A stretch of 64,000 nucleotides of DNA from Tubiluchus corallicola (Eukaryota; Animalia; Priapulida). Below, piece by piece: positions 39,121 to 53,200 of the stretch. Below the pieces are notes generated by a model. That model did no database searches, was not told where the DNA came from, and saw only the letters and a program-made list of their open reading frames with translations. The stretch's first letter is position 1; every line of letters starts with the position of its first letter. Position numbers and translations under genes: made by a program. The DNA lies in contig JAQGDQ010000100.1 of assembly GCA_030141605.1 (NCBI GenBank), positions 310,001 to 374,000 of the forward strand, written 5' to 3'.

Positions 39121-42100
39121 GCATCCTTCTGTCTCGAAAGACAATGGATTGTGCGCCAAGAGAGTCAGTTATTAATCAAGTTGATGGAGCTGCAGCGTCG
39201 ACTGTGACTGAGCAGTCCGATCCTTGAGCGGCAGTTCCGGCTGCAGGTTACACATTGGAAGGACAATATATATATATTGTTGTAATTTTTTTTGCAATGG
39301 CCAAATGTCAACAAATGATACATATATCATAACAAGAACTTCAACAAAATGCAACACATACTTATAGTACAGAGGCCCATACTCTGGACTCTATACTAAT
39401 TGTACAGAGGCCTTTATGGGTTTGAATACATTATATAATGAAATACCCGGTGTACACTTCAAACAAGGTTAACACTGCACCACAAATTCGTTTAAGTGGT
39501 CCCCAGATACCCGTGGGCCCAAAGCAATGGCCTAATATGCCTATTGGTAAATTTGGCCCTACTAGTTAGAAGGATATATCTTTGACAATGAGCCAGGCTC
39601 CGATCATGAAGAATCATCACATTGGGCAACCCAGCAGTTGAATGCTGGACTCTTTGTTGCAGTATGAGCACTAGTATAAAACGACCAAGGGGCTTACCAA
39701 GGGCGTCTTTGACAAGTAAGTGTTCCTAAAGACTACTTCAGTGTCAGATGTCAATATGTTAGTGTCATTGCTGACACAAAGCATATTAACAAGGTTTTTA
39801 TTTTCAAAGACAAAAGTTTAAAACAACTTTAGGGCACTCTTCAGGCAAATTTTAATAAAACATTTTAAAACAAATCTTAATACTAAAATACAACAAATGT
39901 CAAATTTACGTAACATATATTAACTAAAGCAAAATTAAAATAGATTCTTACCTACACGGCAAACATCGCCTTTCATATCACGAACAGATTGCAATAAACT
40001 GAAAGTAAGCCAAAAATGTTAGTTTAAGAGACATTTTTTTAAATAGAAAGAAATGTCATTTTATGCTAGGAAAATATCAAGGATATATATGTTCAAGAGG
40101 ATATTACTAGAATTAGTAAAATTAAGACTACTATTAAACCAGTTATGGCTGGCATACAAATTTTTAATAAATTTAACACTTTTTGCCATATTATCTTTAC
40201 CACGAGGCTGGGCAAACAGCCGAATGTTTGTGGCACATGCTTCACGACTTAAGTAAAGTAACACTGCTGCTGGTCAGTGAACGGTTTGTGATTGTCTGGG
40301 TGTAACACTTGCACTGGACAGCTCATTCACTATATTAATTCTGGCTGTTTGTCTTGTTGAAAATGTATACGATTTGAATGCGGCAATCACACCTCTGTGC
40401 TGCAGTGCAGTGTTTCATCTTAAAAGATCATCCCCGATAATGAACCAGATTCTAGTCTTGCCACAAAAGTTAAAATTAAGTAACCTTTGCCACTAAGTGC
40501 GGGAAATCAACTAACTTTAAATCAAGAGATAATATAGTAGGTTTAGTTGTTTCAATAAGTATGTCTTACGTAATTTAACAGTAGCCTGTGAATCACTATA
40601 TACATATATTACCTTGCAGTGTCTTTGGTGATCAGATTTGGGAGACTGTGGCAGACAGAGTCAGATTTACTGTACACACAGTATGGATCGTGTACACAAT
40701 TATCACACAGTTTATAACGATCACACTGTGATACAGGCATTTGATACACTCCACTATCTGCTCCGGCATACAAATACTGATTCTGTAAAAGTGCACAGAA
40801 TGGCTAAAATTAAACTTAACATAATTAAAAAGGAATTGAAAAAGTGAAAAAGTGCAATAATTGTTACTTCAGAACTGAAACTCAATAAAGATGGCTTTCT
40901 AACAAGTGATGTGATAGTTGTATATTGACCTACCGGATTTAATGCTAGAAAACGAATATGCTCATCAGTGATACGGTAAGTTGCAATGTGATTAAAGTGA
41001 GGAGTACTCATTTTACGATCTTCCCACGTGACAACTTTGTGTACTTCTCCGGAATCTAAAAAATAATTTAGTTGTTTACCAAGTTTTACAATGCACCATC
41101 TGTAATTCATAATAAAATAAGAGTTTTTGAGTAAGTTCATTACAGAACACAGTAGTTGCAAGCTTACTTGTGCCAAGGAAATAGACCAGGTACTCCTCAT
41201 CCATTCCAGCTATCTGATCTACAACTAATGTTGTAAATATAACATCTCTCTTGTAAAACACAGGTTGGCCATGTACGCTAGGCACAGCACTATCCATGAG
41301 CGGATGATCTTTAATGAAGTTTAAGACATCGTCCCTTAATTTTCTAGAGTCAGCCACACACTAAAATACAAATAAAACAATAATTCCAGGTGGTTCATAA
41401 CCTTTTGCTAAGGTGTACAAAAACAAAGAGCAATAGTACAAAACAATTTATTACATTAAAGTATTGCTGAAGCAATAACTAATCTATTATGATCTCAAAA
41501 TTTGATGTGTAAGCCTTCAGATAGTAAAGTACTAAGCAGAAAGAAAATCATCAATGATGTGATAAATTATGCCTACTGGTATTTATTCAGGAATTGTGCA
41601 GAATGCGTTCTGACCATCCTCAATGGTCATTTTCAATCCAAACTATACAAAAGAACAAACTATCAACAGTGTCGTTCCTGTAGCATTGCCTCACAATTGA
41701 AAACAGGCTCTTGCTATGCGGGAAACTTAGTCTTAAAATAATCACCAACGATGTAACAAATGTACCTACTAAACAGATTATAATGTTCTAAAATGAAAAA
41801 GTTCTGCTGTACTTTTTAATTTGACAGAAAAAGTATAAGTGACTAACTGGCAAAATGCTACATTTTGGATTTCAAGAAAAAAGTTTTACACAGTCACCTT
41901 TCCAGGGCGTGGTTCAGGTACATCCTGATTTCTCACTGGTAACCATGCGGATGTGTAGCTTGCCTGTTCTTTAAATTTTCCTCGAAAAGCTGCCTCAATT
42001 TGCTCATTGGTAAAGACACATACAGCAGACCCAGTCAGCCCATTCCTAAATGAAAGCATTGGAAAAGTAAACAATGTAGCATATTCAACAAAATACTTGC

Positions 42101-44198
42101 CATTGTACAGTCACTATTGAAACATTACAACAATACTTAAAAAAATTGCCAAACTCTGAATTCATATAGTTACTAAATAGTATATTTAGGAAGCTACTGG
42201 TGCAAAAATAGATGTGTTTACTAGGCACTATTAAGCATTAATGAATAAATTTAAATCCTTCTTCTTTTTGCAGACTTCAATACAAAGATTATCTGATAAG
42301 TTTGCCACATCTGGTAATGATGTGAATTGTGTCACAGATGTGACAGTAATTCTTATTCTGATAACAGTCTACGATACCCATACTAGGGACATTTCTTAAA
42401 AAGTACTTAAAAATGTGAAACATACAGCGATGTAGTGAATACAGCATAAAAAACTTGGTCGTTGTCCGGCAAAGTGTAGACATCTCCTGCAAAAAATAAA
42501 TACTTCAAATTCATACCATCATACCCACCCGACAAAAATAAGAAATGGCAACACAGAAATCTTCATGTGCAAAGCAACAGTGAAACTGCAATGATTCAAA
42601 CAAACACGAGAAATTAGCATGCAAAAACAATTCAAGTAGCAAGTGAATCAGGAAGCTAAAATTTCCATGTTTTAAAAGCAATAATATAGCCTAATATTTG
42701 TTTAAACCATATAAGTCGCAGAGAAGTGAACTCTATATCTCTGTCTATATCTTAAATGTCCAATATAACTAACAGGCATCAACACTATGTAAAAAAGCCT
42801 AAACAATAACTAACATACTTATTTCATTAAAGTAAAATGGGAATTCTCCTGGAATTGAGCAGTTTAATCTAGTTTTCAAATACGTTGTCCAGTTCTCAGT
42901 TAACACATTGCGGCCACCCACATCTTTCTATGAAAAGCAAAGTAAAAAACTCAGCATTAAAAAAATACAGGCAGGAAGAACACACACCTTGACAACAGCA
43001 AATCAAGAAAGTTATTTACGAGTCTCCATAAACTACGTAGCCAAACTATTTATGAAGCCTTCTTTTTAACGTACCAGTAAATTAGAAGCATACGACATGT
43101 TAGCATAATTAAGATAAATAGTAATAAACCGCATACTATATTAAAGGTCTTTAAGATAGAGTTAACTGCTTACCTTGCATACTCTCACTATACGCGAATA
43201 AACTGTTTTACCACAGTTGATATATTCAACTGCAGTTTCTCTGAAGAAAAAATAGACGTACTCTCCCATGTCAAATGATGCGACAAATTTGGGATCTAAG
43301 AATAAGAAAGAATTATGAAACTTTCAATAACAATAAGTGCAAGTTAATCGTGGCAGAAATTTGGCAGAAGCAGCATGCCAAAAACACTGTAAAATTTTAC
43401 AAACAATGCCCAGAAAACTTATACTAGCGAGTACATGCATACTGAAAATGACTTCTTAACACTCAATTACAAGCACCCAAAATGTTAAATAAAGGTTTAA
43501 AAAAGTTTCTGAATTTATTCTACACATTCAGAAATGGAGAAATATCAGGAATGCCTAAGGACAAAAGCAAGATATCTTCTACAACGTCCACCTTTGTTTC
43601 CATCACATTTTGAGCAGTGTTTCTATATGTAAAGCTAACGGTGCGTTAATGCAGTAGGCTCAGGTTAGTAAAACATGTTTGAAAAAGCAGAAACATTATC
43701 GTATTAAATTAAATTAACTAATTTAACTAACTAACTAACAGATCAAATTAACTAAACAAATAAAACAATATCACTTCTCCTCTGGAAATAAAACACAATA
43801 AGTTCAGTAAAAAGAAACTTTTATGAATGTTCATTGTTCTTGCAAAAAATTCATACCATTTAGCCACTTTGAATCAGCTTGTGGAGTCCTCAAAAAGCTG
43901 TACACTTCTCGTCCATTGCGCTGTAAAGATGGGCGGTAGATGATTGGATCATTTGAATAGTGTGCATTTGTTCCAGCATAAATAGTGGGCATATTGTCTG
44001 GGTTACCCTTTTCTAAGAAGAAAAAAAATTGTTGATACTTTACATAAAAACAGTTTGAATGATGTACAAAACTTTCACACAGTGTCTTTATACTCTGGAA
44101 GAAACAATGAGCATACGCCAAGAAGAGGCAAAGCAAGAGAGGCAGAGATAGAGAGAGAGAGAGAGGGAGAGAGAGCAAGAGAGAGAGAGAGGCAGAGA

Positions 44199-44229
<31 letters not shown>

Positions 44230-44249
44230 CGAGAGAGAGAGAGACAGAG

Positions 44250-44281
<32 letters not shown>

Positions 44282-47200
44282 GGAGAGGCAGAGAGAAAGA
44301 GAAGAGAAGTAGCAGCTTACAGTGCTACAGCAAAATAATGTAGGTCTGCATGTCTGTGCAAGGACAGAGAATACAATTTATTAAAAATTTTGTTAGCGTT
44401 AACGTGTCTCAGCCTAAAAAACGATTTAAAAACTAGCCTAAGTAAAATGTCAGCGTAAAAAAACTGACATAAAAATTGCCTTTGCACCTACGTCTCAATA
44501 AGTAGGGTGAGTACTTCTTTCACAATACTCTTCTGCACTAGAATGACATTGTAAGGCTGTACATTCTAAAAAATGTTTTGCATGTATTCCAACATTTTTG
44601 GTTGGTTGAAAATGTTTTATTTATATTCGCTTAATGCTTATCCACACTCTTCTCAGCTTCATCAGAGTGAAATGTATACACGGGAACTCCTTTAGTGTTT
44701 TGTTGTGAACATACGAATACAAGGCAACTGTACAGTTTACTTCACATTATTTACTTAAAGATTTCAGTGAAATTGTTGAAAAAGGAAAAACGTTACTTAT
44801 AAGTCCACTTTAATTGTGTGACACCATCACACATAGACAATGCAACAGATAGCCGCGCTAGGCTATATGATGTCATCGGCAAAAGTTAATATTGCTTAAC
44901 ACCTCACACAAGCATTGCATAGAAAGCAAGGTTAACAGAATGTACATAGCAGGAAATTTGCACGTGGCAGGCAACATTGGCCTTTAACGAATTCTCAATC
45001 ATACATGTGCATTTAATATACTAAACTCACTTTGTTCTTTACTGTTTGATAAATTCGGCAGACACAGGTATTAAGCTAATCTTGGCAAATGCCTTAAACT
45101 GAGGTCTAACTATGCCACTATTAGTTAAAAAATGAGGCAAGCTAGAAAAGAACACTTCACTTATTTTTAAATTTATTCCTTGTTGTATTACCTGTACCTT
45201 GACCATATCACACATTATACGTTACACGTTTCACATTATACATGGTTATCTGATTATACCTATCCATATGGCTGTTGACTGATCATTGGGGTTGTACGGA
45301 CACTTTCCTACTCCTGACCCATGTGGAGCAAATGAAGAATACCTTCGTAAATCCGGCTGAAAGCAACAGTAAAAAGTTGTCACACCATTTTTAGTAACAT
45401 GGCAAGTAACAGTGTCTAGTATAACACAGCATTTAAAATAATCGAAATTTATCTCACCTCAAATAAATAATCCATGGGATTAAATGAATTAGTTCCACAC
45501 ACATAGAGTTGACCGTTACCAGTTTTCTGTATAACAGCTATATGATTCATGCACTGGTATTGCTGAAATAAATATACACAAATTAAAAAAGCTTGTCGAG
45601 TAGTCAACAAATATATAAGTCTGCATTATATAAATCAGGTATTACTCCTCCTTGAAAATAAGATTTTAAAGCTAGTTTATTAACAAAGGCCGCATCTATC
45701 ATTTTACTACCTTATTATTACAGGCATACAATTTGTTGTGCTGTTTAGGACTAATGGCCCATAATCTGTCAGAAGCGAAACTAGTCGTAAAAATGCTCTG
45801 AAAGAGGACAAGATAACTCAGAGTAATTTTTTAGTTACAGTTACTTGTGAAAAAGGACTGGTACTTACAAGCCTTTTGCAATGGTACATGTTACAAGAGC
45901 AAACTGCAATTATACTAATCGATGCCGTTAATCAAGAAATGGTGGCTTTGAAAGAATCCAGCTGTGAATTATAGCCTGACCCCATGTTATGAAAATTTTC
46001 TAACTTACCTTTCTTTAATTTTAAGCAAATACGAATTAATACAAAAATGTGTATGTACATGCACTGATTCACGTACTAATGTACATAACACATTAATTAC
46101 ATTTCTGAATAAAATACCTAAGTGGCCAAGTGGCCAACTATACTACCACATTCTGTGCGAAGGTGGGACAAAAAGATGATGTTGCTGCACTAAATCTGAC
46201 TAGCATTGCTTTTTCTAATATTTTTCCTTGGTTAAAAGAGCAGCAAAACGAAATTAAAATTGTTTTAGCAAAGCGAATCCGCAAATTGTTTTCTTTTTTA
46301 CAACTAGAGGAAAACACAAATGCATTGCCAGCAGAATGAAAGAAAACTAATCAAGTAAAAAGCTTTATGTCAAAACTGATGGGAAAAGTTTATCGTATAC
46401 AGTCAGCTATTCAGCAAAATGTCAGACAACTGCGGGGTCTTCACTCGGTTTTATCTTAACATCCGTCCGGTTTCCTTAATCACAGACAATCACTGCTGAT
46501 GACGCTATTGATCGATGAAGTTCAATTCATTGCGCTTCTTTGGGCTTTTTACGAAAGTCACTTCATAACAGATGGCAAACAAAAGAGTGTCATTTAACGA
46601 ACATCTATCCTCGATGTTCAGATAAATAGCTGCTATATTGACAAATGAAAATCAATCCAAATGCTATACTGCAATAACTTTGAAATAATACACGATACAT
46701 TGGTAAGTTTGGCTTTGTGCGTAATTTATTTACATATATGAACATACCCAAAGTTAACTGCCAAATGAACTATTCAAAAAGAAATTAAGCACTTTGCATA
46801 TACTCATTTGTGTGTTGATGCAAACAAGCTCTTACAGACATCTAACGGATACGACTTTATGAAAGCGCAAGAAATATTTTATGGCACATAAAGGGTCAAA
46901 TTTGGACCAAAATGATCACATAGACATCTGGTCAATAAAAATATAACAGGGTTTTAATATTTTGCAAGAAAATTGTTATTTTTATAATAAAAGATCTACC
47001 GTACCTCGTGATTTCCTTGGCGGCAAAACTCCTGATCTGTGGATTCAAATGTAAGCATGGGATCGGACATAGAATACTAAAACACAAAGTAAATAAGAAT
47101 TGCAATTAGCATATATATATACAATGCTTGTAAATAAACAAAAACACCTTATAAAAAGCAAATTAACGATCTCGATTAAAAATCCAAGTCTCCAATCTGT

Positions 47201-50200
47201 ATGGCTGCTGAAACCTCATGACTGGATAAAAGTGCACAACATTAGAGGCAAGTCCTAATCTATCAGCTTAGATGAACGATTGCTGAAAGTTATGTTGCTA
47301 TACGCAGTAATATGAAACAAATAATATTAGTTTTTTTACTCACTTTTCCTCCTTTATTAGTAATATCTTCAAGGTTTAATCTATAAATATAATTCCTGAA
47401 AAAGATAGATAACAAAGTGATTGATAACTGTGCGATTATAAACCTATAACATTATCATCAGTGACTGCTTCTTTAAAAACTAGTAACTGACAACAGTGTA
47501 AAAGAATTCCCAAATTTTTACCCAACTTTAAAAATCTGCTACTTGAACCAGCTGTAGATGAAAAACGTATGTGTATTGTTTAAAACGTTGCAAAAGGTTT
47601 TAATGAATCTTTATTCAAACAACTTCTATACCATTTTTATGTTTTTTATTTCTGACTAAAAATATTTACTGATTCTACTGAGAGTTGTGTCATGGGTAGT
47701 TCCTGCATGTATTGCTATAAAGTAAAGGTGGTTTTAGTAATTGTTATTTCAATAATTAAATTCAAATCAGCAAAAATACAGCTTGAAGCCTGAAAAGTGA
47801 TTACTTACAATGTGTAATTGCTTCATAATTAAATGTAAACACTTATGGGTCTGGTGGAGGAAGGAACTCAATATTTCTTATTATGCTATTTCAGAACAAT
47901 TTGTGAATGTATTTTTAGCTTTTCATTTGTCCTTGGGATGTCCTGTGCAACTACCATTAATGCTATAGACTGTTAAATGTTGCTGAAATTATTGTTGAAG
48001 GAGGGAAGCCGCTCTCTTTAGTAAAATAGGTTCTTTCATTAAATATCCCAGATATTGCAATTCACAGCATGTAAATGACGTGGAAATTGTAGTTCTTTCG
48101 CAGATAATTACTTTAACGGGAAAAATGACTGCCATGCATAACCATCTGCCAATTTTAAACTCCTGTCAAGAGTTGGGAACCCATAAATCCTGGTTAGCCA
48201 GACATGAAACCAGGCAGCTGCCAAAAAGAACCTGTAGTTTTTCTCTCGCCCAGCAGGGGCCAGTCAAACAGATTCAAGGCTTCGTCGAGTGAGTTCTGTT
48301 TTCCGCAACAAATACTTATGCAACGCAAACACAGATTTTGAACCTGATTAGCTCTCAAGTAGAAGCACGTGCAAGGGCCATTTTGTATAAACATTTAGAC
48401 CACAAGCTAGCAAATAAATATAGACTGATGGCTAATGAAGAACAGCAACGGCTGCAAAGTAGTGAAACCACATGAAGAAAAGTGTGGAGAAAAAACTCAA
48501 CTCAGTTACTGAGAAAATTCCTGTAGAACTGCTTGAAAAAATGAGTCAGGAAGAGAATAATTAGAAGGGGGACTGCAAGAGAGTTGTAGTCTCGCGCCCT
48601 GATAGTCACTGGGCAAAGCTATTTATAGTCATTTTTTGCACTTATGACTTTCACTATAACTTTTTGAACAAAAAAAGCAATGGGTTTCCTCAGGTCTTCC
48701 TTGTAGCAAGTCTGTTCTGTTTCGCCAGTTTTGACTTTATGGACATTTTTTGATCTTGTGGCCTTGACCTTTGACTATTTGAACTTAAAATCGATAGCTT
48801 AATGAAAACATATATACAGACAGACAGATAAGTGGGACTAAACGCCCTACCCATGCTTCGACTACCCTGTAGGCGTAGATAAAAAAATGTGATGCAAAGA
48901 CAAAGCAACCCGCCCGACGTAGAGGGATTACTTATATACGCAAATAGAAGTAAAGAACTTCACTCGATAGATTTTTATAACTTTTATTACGCAATACTGA
49001 AATGTCAAGAAGATAAAAGAAACGTTTTACCTGAAGAGGTATTGGAATAAAAAGGGTGAAAAGCATTGCTGTAATGTGCATATTTGCTCATCTACTTTAT
49101 TAACATACGTAATTATAAATCCTAAAAGCAATTTCATGCCCAAGCGTCCCGCATAACAGAATCCACACATAAATTACAAGCAGTTCAAGTTCAAGTCATG
49201 TAATAAAAGCATTCATATTTTGAGAACAGTACCAGACAGACAGACTAATATTGATTTGAACGAACGTTTCCCCTTTATATCTGATGCTCAGACATTAAGG
49301 AATGATGATGAGCAAGCGTGGAGGAAAAGTCAGTCACATTCCAGACTGTTTTTCCACCGCCGGCGTTCAACACCTCCAACATGATGCAGCCGGGCGTCTG
49401 ATGCGTTCTCTTTCTAATGAACGATGTCACCTCTTTAAAACACCACCCGCCTCATCGTGCCAGGAAGCTCTAACAAGTTATTTCACCAAGTTCCAGAATT
49501 CAAAACTTGGTACTGATCCTACACATTCACTTGTTGCGTCTGTAAAGCCAGTAAAACCTGCAGATAATTCACTCTTGGGCCGTTTTTACAGCAGAGATCT
49601 CGTCAACATCTGTTACCCTGTGACCTAACATCATCTTTTACGATCTTCCAATCATAAACTGAAAATAATTTTAAACTGCTGGGAAGAAAGGCAAAGTTTA
49701 TTTCAGGAAGAGGTAATACAAGCTGAGATTACGAATTTCCTGCTTGTAAAATTGTTTTACTGTCACACGTAAATTTTGGAGGAATTTTCCCACATAATGA
49801 ATATACAGTAACTAGTAGTCTACAATATAACGTTGTAGGTGCAGAATATAACTGGCGGATTAGAAATAATTAAATGCAAGCACTTACATAGCTCCTACGT
49901 ATAAAACACCAGCGTCTATATCTAGTAGAAATGTCCTATAGTAATAATGACCAGCACTGAAGTTTTGTACATAATCTGAAAAAGAAATAAAATTCATATT
50001 AATAAAATAGAATTCCCATTTATTTTTTATACAAAAGTTGGATATTAACAGACAAAATTTACTGCGTTCACGGTTACACAGTACCTAATAACATTATATA
50101 AAGTGTTTTGTAGAAAAATAATTTGTATATATATATATCTCATATATATATATATATATATATATCATGTATATATCATATATCATGTGTCATATATATA

Positions 50201-53200
50201 TATATATATATCATATAGTATCCGGATGCGTATGCATTTCCACCTGCGGAACAGCAGCAGAAAAAGAATAACGCATACGCAGGCTGCATAAACGGAGGCA
50301 TTGAAAACAATATAAACCGATTTCAGCTATTCCGCACTCCCCAACACGCATACGCATCCGGAAACTACGTACATGTCGCTTTATTTCAGAAATTTATTAC
50401 ACTCGGTTACAGTAATCTATACAATCTTTGCTGTATAATTTCCTAATGTATTAGAAATTTTAGATGTAAATTAATTATGAAAAACTAAGTATGTATATTC
50501 TATATTTTTACTTGTTAAACAGTTACTTTACATAAAACAAAACTAATCTCGTTTCTTCAATGACTTAGTTAAATTGGTTGTTAATTGGGACAGCAATTAC
50601 TAGAATTGTATGCAGTACAAATGTACGATGTGTTAAAAACTCACAATTAACCCTCGCGCAGTGTTTTTTCTTGATTGTGTGATTTTTTCATTTATTTTTC
50701 CTATTCTTTCATTAAGGATTACATATGCATTATGATAATGAGTTTTTTACAAAACTACAAAAGAAAATGAATTAATTAAATAAATAAACTTATTTATCTG
50801 GTTCACAAATTACTCAGCCGATAAACATTAAGCATGTACACAATATATGTGAGGTGGAACTATATATAAAACAGAAGTTATTCTACTGGCTTATTTAACA
50901 TCTTGCACGTTCTTAACAAGCATTTACAAAATATGCGGCCTAAATACATAAACCAAGCTGAAAACCAGGTGCTTGATCCATGTGCACACAGAATTTTTTC
51001 AGATTGCGTTACTGGCCTGCTGGACTACTGTTTTCCCAACTTATAAACACACAACGGACTAAGTGCTGTCTTGCTGATGGACAGACTTAACGTACACATC
51101 AATATCTAATGCGCTATCAATATACTAGAATAGAGAGAGCTTGACATTAATGCTTGCTGCGTCCCGTGTATAATACCCAGTTCTTGGTGCATGTGCAGGG
51201 CACAATCAATAGGCATTTCTCTTCCAGTAAAAGACAGAGCCTCTTCCACTTAACACTGATATACAAGTCGGATCTAATAAAGCCAAGCAGAAATTGCATT
51301 ATTGCTGGACGCAGATTGTACTAGAAATCCATGGCCGCTTTCATTAGCATTCAGCCAGTAAAAGAAAAAATGACGTATTGCATAGTGGCAGCTATAGTGT
51401 CTTAATCATATTGAGCTGGAAAATTTTTAGAGGAAAATGTGGTAAAAAATCCATCTGCAGCTTGTTGCGCTTTTGTCTCATGCAGACAACTTGGCTTCAA
51501 TAGTGTATGGTTTCCCTGAATATCTTGAAAGAAAAGCGAAAAGGGTAGAATTGATTAAATCTGATAATAATGATGATGATGATGATGATGATGATGATAA
51601 TGATAATAATAATAATAATCTTTATTTAAAGTTCGCTTTTTGATCTTTTGGGCCGACTGTAAATAATAGCCTACAATTACATAACAGAGACTATTATTAC
51701 CCACTTTTACCCTAAAGTCTTTGGTATGACCCTGCCTGTATCGAACTCACGACCTCCCAGACGGAAAGCAGAGACGTTACCACTAGACTAAACCATCTGG
51801 TTCCAAATGAGTTTGGCCACTGACGTAAATTGAAATGGTCACTACGCACTTATCACGGTTTTTTAAAAAACTTGGCTTCGATAGTGTATGGTTTCCCTGA
51901 ATATCTTGAAAGAAAAGCGAAAAGGGTAGAATTGATTAAATCTGATAATAATAATAATGATGATGATGATAATGATAATAATAATCCTTATTTAAAGTCG
52001 GCTTTTTGGTCTTTTGGGCCGACTGTAAATAATAGCCTACAACTACATAACAGAGACTATTATTACCCACTTTTACCCTAAATACCCTAAAGTCTTTGGT
52101 ATGACCCTGCCGTTGTATCGAACTCACGACCTCCCAGACGGAAAGCAGAGACGTTACCACTAGACTAAACCATCTGGTTCCAAATGAGTTTGGTCACTGA
52201 CATAAATTGAAATGGTCACTACGCACTTATCAGGTTTTTTAAAAAACTTGGCTTCGATAGTATATGGTTTCCCTGAATATCTTGAAAGAAAAGCGAAAAG
52301 GGTAGAATTGATTAAATCTGATAATAATAATAATGATGATGATGATGATGATGATGATAATAATAATAATCTTTATTTAAAGTCGGCTTTTTGATCTTTT
52401 GGGCCGACTGTAAATAATAGCCTACAACTACATAACAGAGACTATTATTACCCACTTTTACCCTAAAGTCTTTGGTATGACCCTGCCGTTGTATCGAACT
52501 CACGACCTCCCAGACGGAAAGCAGAGACGTTACCACTAGACTAAACCATCTGGTTCCAAATGAGTTTGGCCACTGACGTAAATTGAAATGGTCACTACGA
52601 ACTTATCAGGTTTTTTAAAAAACTTGGCTTCGATAGTGTATGGTTTACCTGAATATCTTGAAAGAAAAGCGAAAAGGGTAGAATTGATTAAATCTGATAA
52701 TAATAATAATAATGATGATGATGATGATGATAATGATAATAATAATCCTTATTTAAAGTCGGCTTTTTGATCTTTTGGGCCGACTGTAAATAATAGCCTA
52801 CAACTACATAACAGAGACTATTATTACCCACTTTTACCCTAAATACCCTAAAATCTTTGGTATGACCCTGCCGTTGTATCGAACTCACGACCTCCCAGAC
52901 GGAAAGCAGAGACGTTACCACTAGACTAAACCATCTGGTTCCAAATTAGTTTGGCCACTGACGTAAATTGAAATGGTCACTACGCACTTATCAGGTTTTT
53001 TAGGTCTTGCAACAAAAAAAATTATCTATCTATGATAGAATATAATAATCACCGCTTTTATACTACTAGTGAGCCCACTGATCATACATACTGTTAGGCT
53101 ACCACAATAATCTGGAAACGGTCCTTTCAGGCATTTTAATGTGCTTTTTGGAAACATTGAGGCATACAACGTCATCACAAAACTGCATATCTTTAAACGA

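Noticed and set aside
44055-44312. ER-repeat ORF; likewise the LS-repeat ORF at 60288-60503 and YI-repeat ORFs at 29966-30220 and 50103-50291
   Set aside because: Microsatellite translations.
49302-49628. 108-aa ORF antisense to a semaphorin intron, and other short intronic ORFs from 53 to 63 kb
   Set aside because: No recognisable motifs and no exon chain with consistent splice phases.
51830-52921. Repeated 60-83 aa ORFs (poly-N/D, poly-H/Y) on both strands
   Set aside because: Translations of the SINE array and its trinucleotide tail; frames and stops differ between units.
51488-53002. CRISPR array or functional tRNA gene cluster
   Set aside because: The whole unit repeats with no unique spacers in a eukaryotic context. 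The tRNA-like head lacks T-stem and acceptor-stem pairing and runs into a SINE body.
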